Both the position numbers and the translations under genes were made by a program. This document shows, one piece after another, positions 10,293-18,887 of a DNA stretch of 64,000 bases; the stretch's first letter is position 1; each line of letters starts with the position of its first letter. Where the stretch lies: the NCBI GenBank assembly GCA_021824915.1, contig JAKAJP010000003.1, positions 136 through 64,135 on the forward strand. The letters run 5' to 3'. The notes below the pieces were generated by a model that made no database searches, was not told the DNA's origin, and saw only the letters and a list, made by a program, of their open reading frames with translations. The stretch comes from a bacterium (GTDB lineage Bacteria; Patescibacteriota; Microgenomatia; UBA8517).

Positions 10293-11357
10293 CTAGATAC
10301 TGACTTTTTGCCCGTCTTTTAATGTAGATGGCGGATTATTAACAATGGTTTGTCCTTCAATCAGACCAGATTTTATTTCAGTCTCATCTATACTTGATCC
10401 CCCAGTCTCAACCTGACTTTTTTTAATCCTTCCTCCTTCAACTATCCAAACAAAGTTTCCGCCATCGGAAACAATGGCTCCGGAAGGAATCTTGAATGCA
10501 TCTGTTATGGTGTTGTAGGTAATATCAGCATCTCCACCCATTCCAACTCTAAACTTCATCTCGGCGTTTTCGGGGAGCGAAATTCTAACATGATACGCGT
10601 TGCCACCCGTTTTTGAAGTAAAGGCAACAACTCCAACACTCTCGACCAGCCCGGAAAAACTCTCGTTTGGATAAGCATCAAGTTTTAAGTCTACAGACTG
10701 TCCAACTCTCACGTTTGGTAAATCTGTTTCGTCCACTTCAGCATCAAAATAAACTGATTTTGGATTGACTAAGACATAGCTGGCGCCACCCAAGATGACG
10801 TTTACACCGGGCGAAGCAGGATCAACCATATCCATCACACCATCAAATGGTGCAAAAATAATCGCATTGTCCAATGCCTTCTTGGCACTAATCATATCGT
10901 TATACGCATTGTCACGATTAACCTCAGCCGTTGTCCTTGTATCCTTTTGAGAAAAAGATTCATCGGATGAGTGATTTTTAACCTGATCCAAAACATTATC
11001 TGCGGTAGCCTGATATTTTCTATAAGTATTAACGGCGTCTTGATATGTCGCATTAAGAGAATAAGTATCAAGCTGCGCAATCGCCTGACCTTTCACAACT
11101 TTATCTCCCGACTTCACTCCTACCCACGAAACCTTGCCACCAGACTGGAATGTAAGATTTGAATATTCATCCGCCTTAATTTCACCGGAAGTAGAGATAG
11201 ATTCAACCAGACCACCCTTACTTACCTTTGCAGATTCAACTTTGATAACTTTGTTTTTGTTTCCAAGAATAACCCAAACGACAACTATTATTGCCCCAAT
11301 AATCACCCAAAACCACCTTCCAAATCTAGCTTTGAGGCCGAATAAAATCGCTTTCAT
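10293..11357 (-). CDS. Efflux periplasmic adaptor subunit (MacA/HlyD-like)
   Basis: Lipoyl-like GKV..V.VK.GD.V.KGQ, helical hairpin, APFDG, VDETD...V.VGQ. Confidence 0.9.
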   Translation of the reverse strand: MKAILFGLKARFGRWFWVIIGAIIVVVWVILGNKNKVIKVESAKVSKGGLVESISTSGEIKADEYSNLTFQSGGKVSWVGVKSGDKVVKGQAIAQLDTYSLNATYQDAVNTYRKYQATADNVLDQVKNHSSDESFSQKDTRTTAEVNRDNAYNDMISAKKALDNAIIFAPFDGVMDMVDPASPGVNVILGGASYVLVNPKSVYFDAEVDETDLPNVRVGQSVDLKLDAYPNESFSGLVESVGVVAFTSKTGGNAYHVRISLPENAEMKFRVGMGGDADITYNTITDAFKIPSGAIVSDGGNFVWIVEGGRIKKSQVETGGSSIDETEIKSGLIEGQTIVNNPPSTLKDGQKVSI

Positions 11358-11417
11358 ATATTCACATAATTTTAACCGATTTACAGCACAAGGAATACTA
11401 TGTTAATTCAAACCCAA

Positions 11418-12194
11418 TTAAAAAGAAAGAGAGTCTAGAAGTTTGGAAAATGAAGACTGGGTTACACCAACGATTTGTCCGTTTTGTGCAGACACCTGAC
11501 CCGTCTTATCGATTGCGATTGTAAATAGACCCAGAAGTCTTTCGTATTTAACTCCATTGATTTCATAAACTGGGTTTCCGTTTGCATCAGTCGTTAAATT
11601 AATTCCGTTCTGGACTGAGAAAACTCCACTATTCACAAGGTTTTGAACTGCTTGATCGGGAAGTGTTGTAACATTTCTTGATCCCGCAGGGGTTGTAATG
11701 GTCAACTCCTTAGTCGCTGGGTTTACGGAAATTGGGGTTTTACCTTGAATCTGAACCTTCAAACCCTGCTGTTCAAACTGAAAAGCGTCACCTTTGTGAA
11801 GTTTAACCTTTGCCTCACCAGTTCCGTCTTTTACCTCAACCTCTGTTTCAAGATCGGCTTCAGCTTCCGGAGTATCCTTTGGCTCAGGTGTATCAACAGA
11901 TTCAGGTCTCTCAGTGTTTCCTGTCCCGCCCTCTTTCTGAAAAGTTTGTTCCAGATTTAATGTATTACCAGTCCCAGTACCAGTTGAGGTGGTTGTGTTC
12001 GATTGCGAAGAAACCTGAACCGGTGTACTACCCCTTTCATCTCCACCAGAGCTAGTCCCGCTACTATCAGACTCGCTCAAAACTTTCTTACCAAGAGGCG
12101 ACTTACCGGCTGAAAAAATAGTAAAAACTGAAAGAAGAAGCGCTGCAACAACAATAACCGGAAGTAGTTTATTAACAGATTTTTTCATTGACAT
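11418..12194 (-). CDS. Exported low-complexity protein with a PepSY-like C-terminal domain
   Basis: Signal/TM helix, S/T/G/E-rich linker, PDQAV...PVYEI...VSAQNGQIV. Confidence 0.65.
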   Translation of the reverse strand: MSMKKSVNKLLPVIVVAALLLSVFTIFSAGKSPLGKKVLSESDSSGTSSGGDERGSTPVQVSSQSNTTTSTGTGTGNTLNLEQTFQKEGGTGNTERPESVDTPEPKDTPEAEADLETEVEVKDGTGEAKVKLHKGDAFQFEQQGLKVQIQGKTPISVNPATKELTITTPAGSRNVTTLPDQAVQNLVNSGVFSVQNGINLTTDANGNPVYEINGVKYERLLGLFTIAIDKTGQVSAQNGQIVGVTQSSFSKLLDSLSF

Positions 12195-12301
12195 ATCAGC
12201 CTATCATTCAAAAAAGACCTATGTCAAGACGTTAAAAGTATTGACTTTGATAAAAATTTGAGCAAATACTGAAGAGTAGCTGAGGAAGGGGGTGAAAAAT
12301 T

Positions 12302-12502
12302 ATGAAGATGAGTACGTTGGATTATATTGGTTGGGTATTAATAGTCGTTGGAGCACTCAACTGGGGACTGATCGGAGCTTTTAACTTTAATCTTGTTACA
12401 ATGCTTTTTGGCGTAGGAATGCTTACCCAGTGGGTTTATATCTTAGTAGGTCTTGCAGGTCTTTATTCATTGTGGAAAATGTTCACAATGAAGAAAAAAT
12501 AA
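12302..12502 (+). CDS. DUF378 family membrane protein
   Basis: LIVVGALNWGLIG.F.FNLV...YILVGLAGLY, with a strong SD (aagggggtga). Confidence 0.92.
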   Translation: MKMSTLDYIGWVLIVVGALNWGLIGAFNFNLVTMLFGVGMLTQWVYILVGLAGLYSLWKMFTMKKK

Positions 12503-12518
12503 TTTCGGTTAGACAATG

Positions 12519-12563
12519 ACCCCGCAGTATCCGAATGAAATCACACTTGAAGTGCTGCGGGGT
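12519..12563. terminator. GC-rich stem-loop between convergent genes
   Basis: accccgcagta...tgctgcggggt 11-bp stem with a 23-nt loop and no clear U-tract. Confidence 0.5.
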
Positions 12564-12565
12564 GG

Positions 12566-12886
12566 TTAGTGGATTTCCCTTAATAAATCTACAGAGATTG
12601 AGCCTATCTCTTGTTTCAGTAGTTCCTCAAAATTTTCTCCTATCATTCTTTTCAGATACCCCATCAAAAGCACTTCGTCGTGAGGGGACTTATGAAACAA
12701 TTCCAAAAATTCTTCATGATTCTTCCGGGGTAAATTATCAAGAATACATCCCAAAACTTTGTGATGAACTATCTCGTCTATCAACTTCCAAATTTCCTCC
12801 CGTTCATCTGGAGTTTTCGCAATCTTTTTAACTTCCCTATCTAAATCCTTAAAATCTAATAAATGATCAAAGAAAAGTTTTGACAT
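12566..12886 (-). CDS. Hypothetical acidic helical protein
   Basis: 106-aa ORF starting 3 nt downstream of the preceding gene of the gltX operon. Confidence 0.8.
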   Translation of the reverse strand: MSKLFFDHLLDFKDLDREVKKIAKTPDEREEIWKLIDEIVHHKVLGCILDNLPRKNHEEFLELFHKSPHDEVLLMGYLKRMIGENFEELLKQEIGSISVDLLREIH

Positions 12887-12889
12887 ATT

Positions 12890-13837
12890 CTAAATTTTGG
12901 TCAAGGCAACTCCCGGAACATTTACTTTATTATATTCCACAGGTCCTAGTGGAACCTTGTTTTGCGGATCATCAACAAAAAATATTATTACGGGTCCTTT
13001 TTTATATCTGGAGCCTCCAAGATAATTCATGACTTCGGGGCTTCCTCCAAACTGTTTTCCCGTCCAGGCTGCAGGACCGGAATCAGCAATATCAGCTACC
13101 ACCGCATTCCCGTTAAGGGTATTGACTATCAATACCTTCCTAAATTTATACCAATTGGCAAGATACGGTTGACGTGTATTCCAATCCGGTAGATATAATG
13201 TTTGGACAACTGCGTACCATTCTTCTTTATCCGCAGGAACAAACCCCCATGCCCCAAGCCCCGGCGCCATACCTTCATCAAGTTCCGAAACTTTCGGATG
13301 TATCGCCATGTTATCTCCTTGATATCTCGCCAAGTGCTGTTCGGCACCGATAAATCCATAGGTGGTATTCAAATGTTCGCCTTCCAAACCGGCGCGCGCA
13401 CTAACCCCAATAACACTTTGAAAGAGCTGCTCCAGAGACTTCTCTTGAGTCCGGCTTAACGGTCCCACCTTTTCGGGTAGAATCTGATTCATGCCGGATA
13501 GAAGGGTTGCTTGGGTTGGCTCGGTAGCCGTTTCTCCACCAAGTTTACTTACATTCTTAATGATTTCGCTGGGTGTGGGAAATGTATGTGCAGATGCAGG
13601 TGGTGTTATAAGCAGTGTTCCAGCGAGAGCGCTGGACGCAATTACTTTCGCAGAGTGTTCCCGAATTTTACCTAAATCAATTCCACGATCCTCAAAGAAT
13701 TTGACAGCCTGAGGATATTTTTGACTGAAAGAGTCCTTTGTCTCCAAACTTTTTATCTTGAGTTTGTTACGCAGAAACTCAGTATCTACTCTTTTTTTAT
13801 TTATTTTGTAAGTTGTACCGGGCAGGTCGTGGGCCAT
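12890..13837 (-). CDS. Hypothetical protein with an RlpA-like double-psi beta-barrel C-terminal domain
   Basis: RKVLIVNTLNGNAVVADIADSGP resembles RlpA V.VTN..NG.SV.VRINDRGP; internal hydrophobic segment. Confidence 0.65.
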   Translation of the reverse strand: MAHDLPGTTYKINKKRVDTEFLRNKLKIKSLETKDSFSQKYPQAVKFFEDRGIDLGKIREHSAKVIASSALAGTLLITPPASAHTFPTPSEIIKNVSKLGGETATEPTQATLLSGMNQILPEKVGPLSRTQEKSLEQLFQSVIGVSARAGLEGEHLNTTYGFIGAEQHLARYQGDNMAIHPKVSELDEGMAPGLGAWGFVPADKEEWYAVVQTLYLPDWNTRQPYLANWYKFRKVLIVNTLNGNAVVADIADSGPAAWTGKQFGGSPEVMNYLGGSRYKKGPVIIFFVDDPQNKVPLGPVEYNKVNVPGVALTKI

Positions 13838-13838
13838 T

Positions 13839-15143
13839 TTATTCCAAAACTTCTCTTAGTCTTCTTAACGACTCTTCTTTACCTAAAATCTTCACAGACT
13901 CGTTAATTGGCGGGGTAAATCTACTGCCGGTTATAGCAACCCGTAAATCCATGAAAAAGTCTCCTATTTTATAGCTATTTTCTTCCGGAACCCTATCCAA
14001 AGAGATATTTTTTTCGATTGCCTCGACTGCTTTTTTCAAATGATCTCTATAATTTTTTCCCAACAACTTCTTATCCACCTTGGGGGACTCGAAGAAAAAT
14101 CCTGCAAACGGACCAAAATCAGAAAGTTTCTTAACCCGATCCTTAATCAAAGGGATTATTTCCTTAACTTTAACGGCGTCAGCACCTTCCGGCAAAAACC
14201 GGTCAAAAAGATCAAGAAGCTCGCTATCACTTTTCTGCCTGATGTAATGGCCGTTAAACCAATCCAGTTTTTCCCGATTAAAAATGGGGTTTGATTTCTG
14301 AAAACCGCTTATGTCAAAATTTTTGACAAAATCTTCAAGGGTAAAAAGCTCTCTGTTGTCTTTCGGGGCCCAACCGGCCAAAATTACAAAATTAAAGATT
14401 GCTTCGGGCAAGTATCCCTCGGAAAGCAAACCTCTAACAGAAGTGCTACCTTTTCTTTTTGAAAGCTTCCCCCCTTCAGGATCTAAAATATCCGTCAGAT
14501 GACCAATCTCAGGAACTTCATAGCCAAGATATTTATAAACCAAAAGATGTATCGGTGTTGACGGGAGCCAGTCGTGCCCCCTCAAAACATGAGATATGCT
14601 CATATCATGATCGTCCACCACAACTGCAAGATGATAGGTTGGAAAACCATCAGACTTTAAAAGTGTTGCATCAAAAACAACATTAGTATTCCAGGAAACC
14701 TCCTCGCGAAGAACAAAATCTCTAAATTTCACAGTCTCATTTTCCGGAACTTTCAATTTAATCGCGCCGGAAGTAAGACCCTTATCACGGCACCGATCCC
14801 GCTTATCAGAAGAAAAACCCTCTCTCTTTGCATTTTTGGCCTCACATTGACAATAAAAAGCATGTCCACTTTTTACCAGATCCTCAGCCGCTTTTTTATA
14901 CAATGCAAGACGCTCGGATTGAATGTAAAATTCGTCCCACTTCAAACCAAAAAGTGTTACAAGATCTTTTATGTCCGCAACGCCTCCCTCAACTTCTCTT
15001 TTCTTATCCGTATCCTCAACTCTCAAGATAAATTCACCATCTTCGTGTTTCGCTAAAGCGTAGGCATAAAAAGCGGTTCTTAAATTGCCGATATGCATTG
15101 ATCCGGTCGGGCTCGGCGCAAATCGCGTTCTAATTTTCTTCAT
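13839..15143 (-). CDS. gltX: Glutamate--tRNA ligase
   Basis: RTRFAPSPTG.MHIGN (HIGH-like), KLSKR (KMSKS-like). Confidence 0.97.
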   Translation of the reverse strand: MKKIRTRFAPSPTGSMHIGNLRTAFYAYALAKHEDGEFILRVEDTDKKREVEGGVADIKDLVTLFGLKWDEFYIQSERLALYKKAAEDLVKSGHAFYCQCEAKNAKREGFSSDKRDRCRDKGLTSGAIKLKVPENETVKFRDFVLREEVSWNTNVVFDATLLKSDGFPTYHLAVVVDDHDMSISHVLRGHDWLPSTPIHLLVYKYLGYEVPEIGHLTDILDPEGGKLSKRKGSTSVRGLLSEGYLPEAIFNFVILAGWAPKDNRELFTLEDFVKNFDISGFQKSNPIFNREKLDWFNGHYIRQKSDSELLDLFDRFLPEGADAVKVKEIIPLIKDRVKKLSDFGPFAGFFFESPKVDKKLLGKNYRDHLKKAVEAIEKNISLDRVPEENSYKIGDFFMDLRVAITGSRFTPPINESVKILGKEESLRRLREVLE

Positions 15144-15160
15144 GCTAATATGAGTATTAT

Positions 15161-16210
15161 ATGACGCAACTGACCCAAATCGCCATAACAGCCAGAAAAA
15201 TAGTCAGATATAGTATTTATTTCATTATTTTTCTGACGGTCGGAAAAATTCTTTTGGATTTGTCTGTCAATATCTATAGAAAGATTTTTCCGGCTCCACC
15301 CCCGCCTCCGACCGTAAAATTTGGAAAGCTTACAAAAATTCAGTTCCCGACAAACGCGGTAACTACCAAGTTAACTTATACACTTGAAACTCCCGATGGA
15401 GGGTTTCCACAAGAACCAAATCAGGCAAAAGTTTATTTCATGCCAAAAGTTAGTGCCAACCTGCTTTCTCTCGACGCGGCGAAAGAAAGGGCTAACGCGA
15501 TGGGTTTTGGCGGTGACCCGGTACAAGTTTCAGATACAATTTACAAATTTAAGAGCAGAGATTTTCCAACCACAATGGAAATGAACATCGTCACAGGAGT
15601 ATTTTCAATCAGCTATGATTTGAATGCTGACAGAACCCCAATTGAAAACATTCCGCCAGTACCTGAAGTCGGAGCGTCCAGTTACAGATCTTTCCTATCA
15701 GGAGCAAGCATTTTACCAAACGACCTGACCGGCCCAACAAGTCATGATTTTCTTAAGCTTTCCGCAGGAAAATTTGTAACCGCGCTTTCTCTTTCCGAAT
15801 CTAATGCCGTCAAAGTAAATCTCTTCAGGAAGAGTTATGACAACCTACCCTCGATGACCGGAAATCCCAATGAAGCAAATGTTTGGGCAATCTTAACCGG
15901 TGCAACAACAAAAACCCAACAAGTAATTGCGGCCGAGTATCACTACTTTCCAGTCGATGAAAGTCAATACTCCACATATCCAATAAAAACCCCTGAAGCC
16001 GCCTTTGCCGAACTCCAAAACGGGCAGGCGTTTATTGCAAACTTGGGTGTCAATAAAGATGGAGACTCGTTAAAAATTAGACGTGTTTACCTTGCCTATT
16101 TTGATCCGGAAGTGGAATCAGAATTTTACCAGCCGATTTACGTTTTTGAAGGTGATAACGGTTTTGTCGCCTACGACCCCGCCGTTACACTAAACTATTA
16201 CGGTCAATAA
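15161..16210 (+). CDS. Membrane-anchored hypothetical protein
   Basis: N-terminal TM helix, PAPPPPP linker, C-terminal VYLAYF...YQPIYVFEG. Confidence 0.8.
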   Translation: MTQLTQIAITARKIVRYSIYFIIFLTVGKILLDLSVNIYRKIFPAPPPPPTVKFGKLTKIQFPTNAVTTKLTYTLETPDGGFPQEPNQAKVYFMPKVSANLLSLDAAKERANAMGFGGDPVQVSDTIYKFKSRDFPTTMEMNIVTGVFSISYDLNADRTPIENIPPVPEVGASSYRSFLSGASILPNDLTGPTSHDFLKLSAGKFVTALSLSESNAVKVNLFRKSYDNLPSMTGNPNEANVWAILTGATTKTQQVIAAEYHYFPVDESQYSTYPIKTPEAAFAELQNGQAFIANLGVNKDGDSLKIRRVYLAYFDPEVESEFYQPIYVFEGDNGFVAYDPAVTLNYYGQ

Positions 16211-17143
16211 CTAATTACCGGGGTTGACCTCTTGCCATTTATAGTTCGCAAATATCCAATCGATAAGCTCTTTTGTTTCGCCAAACCTATCCTGACTTCC
16301 CAGAACCGCAATCATAATTTTGTGCCCGTCGCGTTCAATATATGTAACTAAATTCTCGCGGGCGTTCTCGGTCCAACCCGTTTTGACCCCCATCACTCCG
16401 GGAACTGAACCTAAAAGCTCATTTATATTTGTCAGGTTGTAAACATTTTTTCCCGACACATCTGTAATTGTTATTTGTTTCGTCCCCACAATTTTCGCAA
16501 ATTCGGGGTTACGCATTGCAACCTCCGAAGCCCTAACCAAGTCACGGGCAGTAGAGCGCTGCATGTCCTCATCGAGGCCTACAGGATTAGCAAAGTGACT
16601 ATTGTCCATTGAGAGAGATTTAGCTTTATCATTCATTGCCAAAACAAAAGAATTATAACCTCCGGGGTAATTGAAAGCTAAAGTTTCTGCCGCATCATTT
16701 GCCGAATAAACTAAAAGTCCATACAAAATATTTTCAACTTTCATTTGCTCCCCGGGGATTAGGCCCATCTTTTGTCCATCAACCACAACCTCCCGGGGAA
16801 TTGTAAGAACCGAATCCAGATTAAAATAATCCATGGCAACCAAAGCCGTAATAATTTTGGTAGTTGATGCCGGCAACAGAGGAGAATCTGGATCTTTTTC
16901 ATAAAGCGGAACTCCACTTCCAAGATCAACCGCAAAGACGCCCTCAGCAGAAATTACAGGAAAAGAAGAACTACCGGAAAGAACCGGTATCGGAGGAAAT
17001 TTTTTCGGTTCCTCCGCAACCGCACTTAATTTTTCAACAAACTTTGGAATTTCACCAGAAATTACCAAACCACAAGAGGATAAAAAGATAAAGGCCAATA
17101 TGAGTAAATACAAAAAATTATTTTTTGAAGAAAAACGCTTCAT
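16211..17143 (-). CDS. dacA: D-alanyl-D-alanine carboxypeptidase (peptidase S11)
   Basis: PASTTK (SxxK), SAN (SxN), KTG. Confidence 0.92.
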   Translation of the reverse strand: MKRFSSKNNFLYLLILAFIFLSSCGLVISGEIPKFVEKLSAVAEEPKKFPPIPVLSGSSSFPVISAEGVFAVDLGSGVPLYEKDPDSPLLPASTTKIITALVAMDYFNLDSVLTIPREVVVDGQKMGLIPGEQMKVENILYGLLVYSANDAAETLAFNYPGGYNSFVLAMNDKAKSLSMDNSHFANPVGLDEDMQRSTARDLVRASEVAMRNPEFAKIVGTKQITITDVSGKNVYNLTNINELLGSVPGVMGVKTGWTENARENLVTYIERDGHKIMIAVLGSQDRFGETKELIDWIFANYKWQEVNPGN

Positions 17144-17147
17144 CAGA

Positions 17148-18461
17148 TTATCGGGAGAATCTAAAATCCACCCTTTCCATATCTCGCGGGAAAAGCGAGG
17201 CCTCCCTGACGTTCGAGAGATTAAGAAGCTTCATTGTTATTCTTTCGAGACCAAATGAAAAGCCTCCTTCAGGAGGCATACCATACTTAAAGGCTTGTAA
17301 ATACATCTCAAAATTTGCGGGATCCATCCCCCTATCCTTAATGGCGGCAATAAGTTTGTTGTAATCATTTATTCTCTGACTTCCGCTTAATATCTCAAGA
17401 CCTCTAAAAAGGAGGTCGTAACTTAAAGAATATTCCGGGTCACTTGGGTCTGGGGCTGTATAGAAAGCTCTCTTTTTGGTTGGGTAGTGGGTAATTGTAA
17501 CCAAATCACTATCCTTTTCCTCAAGCGCCCATTTGCAGATTTCTTTTTCATCTTCCGGATCTAAATCCTTTTCCCCTGTATGGTCAACACCCGTCCTTTT
17601 CAAAATAATCTTTTGGGCTTCTCGCATCGTAAGGCGGGGGACTTTTGCCGGAATTTTAAGAGGTGGAACTTTGTAATCTTTTAGAATTTTTTCACAATTC
17701 TCCTCAACATATTTAAGTGTCTTTGTACCTACGAATTCGAGGGCGTCAAGAAGCTCTTCGAAACTGACAAACCCAAGTTCACAATCCATTTGGGTTGCCT
17801 CAGATAAATGTCTTGTAGTAACTGAGGGTTCCGCACGATAAGCTTTAGCTATCGTAAAAACCCTCTCCAAAGACGGAACCAGCATTTGCTTATAAAGCTG
17901 TGGAGACTGCGTCATATAGGCCTTATGGTCATAATAATCAACCATAAACACCTCCGCTCCACCTTCTGTAGCAGATGCAGAAATTGTGGGAACACTGATC
18001 TCCGTACAACCCAATTCTTTTGCAGCTTCTCTAAAACCCTCCAACACTTTTGCCTGAACTTTGAAAATTTCTTTAATTTTAGAGTGTCTTAGCGTCAGAG
18101 TACGATAATCAAGAAGCGTTGGTAACTCGAGATTTAATTCCTCGGCCCCCATGTCAAAAGGCATTTCCTCGGATTTAGACAAAACGACAACTTTTTTACT
18201 TTCCAGTTCAACTGTCCCCGTCTTAATTTTTTCATTTATCATTTTTTCCGGGCGTTTTTTAACCACACCTTCAACTTCAACAGCAAACTGGGGCTTGAGA
18301 TCAACCAGTTCTGCTCCGCCGACAATCTGAAGAACACCACTCCGATCAACAACATCCACGAAAGCAATTTTTCCATGGGCTCTAACGGTTTGTACAAAAC
18401 CGGCTATCTTAACTTCTTCCCCAATTTTTTTTGGAGTTTCACAAATTAGAGTTCTCTCCAT
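17148..18461 (-). CDS. aspS: Aspartate--tRNA ligase, short archaeal/non-discriminating type
   Basis: OB fold, EGGAEVF, QSPQLYKQ, YRAE, EILSGSQR, GFSFGLER. Start placed at MERTLI, 7 nt after TACAAT. Confidence 0.9.
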   Translation of the reverse strand: MERTLICETPKKIGEEVKIAGFVQTVRAHGKIAFVDVVDRSGVLQIVGGAELVDLKPQFAVEVEGVVKKRPEKMINEKIKTGTVELESKKVVVLSKSEEMPFDMGAEELNLELPTLLDYRTLTLRHSKIKEIFKVQAKVLEGFREAAKELGCTEISVPTISASATEGGAEVFMVDYYDHKAYMTQSPQLYKQMLVPSLERVFTIAKAYRAEPSVTTRHLSEATQMDCELGFVSFEELLDALEFVGTKTLKYVEENCEKILKDYKVPPLKIPAKVPRLTMREAQKIILKRTGVDHTGEKDLDPEDEKEICKWALEEKDSDLVTITHYPTKKRAFYTAPDPSDPEYSLSYDLLFRGLEILSGSQRINDYNKLIAAIKDRGMDPANFEMYLQAFKYGMPPEGGFSFGLERITMKLLNLSNVREASLFPRDMERVDFRFSR

Positions 18462-18490
18462 TAGGTCTATTGTAGTTTCTAAAAATAGCC

Positions 18491-18519
18491 TTGACAACTA
18501 GAGAGCTGTGCCTAATAAT
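18491..18519 (+). promoter_or_regulatory. Sigma70-type promoter of the leader/attenuator unit
   Basis: TTGACA (18491-18496), 17 nt, AATAAT. Confidence 0.65.
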
Positions 18520-18529
18520 ACTTTTACAA

Positions 18530-18583
18530 ATGTCGAAAGTTTCTGTTTGGACCAATATTATTCGCATTAACCTCTTTAACTAA
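18530..18583 (+). CDS. Putative leader peptide MSKVSVWTNIIRINLFN
   Basis: 17-codon uORF just after the promoter, overlapping attenuator segments 1 and 2. Confidence 0.55.
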   Translation: MSKVSVWTNIIRINLFN

Positions 18584-18624
18584 GGGGGCTAGGCGTTTGG
18601 TTTAAACCTAAACTTTAACGAATG

Positions 18625-18651
18625 ACCTCCTTAAAAATAAGGAGGTTTTTT
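18625..18651 (+). terminator. Intrinsic terminator (attenuator)
   Basis: acctcctta-aaaa-taaggaggt followed by a T-run, just upstream of an SD-led gene. Confidence 0.85.
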
Positions 18652-18674
18652 GTTGTCGGAAGGAGGTGATTTAT

Positions 18675-18887
18675 ATGTCAGCTGAAGATATATCAAGAAG
18701 GGCAACATCCGGACTAGCGACTGTGGACTATGCACTTATGGGAGTAGAAAGCTCAACAAAAAAAGTAGTTGAAGCATATCCAGAATTAGGGCAAAGACCG
18801 CCCGCTGGGTTAAGCAAAATAGAATGGGCGCAGGTAGGATTGGAGTCTGCAGCTTTAGAAGTTAAAAAAACAACAGGTGTAAGTTAA
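18675..18887 (+). CDS. Orphan 70-aa protein with an internal two-fold repeat
   Basis: Perfect SD aaggaggtga at 18660-18669; repeat GLATVDYALMGVES / GLSKIEWAQVGLES. Confidence 0.8.
   Translation: MSAEDISRRATSGLATVDYALMGVESSTKKVVEAYPELGQRPPAGLSKIEWAQVGLESAALEVKKTTGVS

Noticed and set aside
11850-12070. Short repeats (TGTGTG, DTPE x2) in the exported protein
   Set aside because: Ordinary low-complexity linker coding, not a DNA repeat element.
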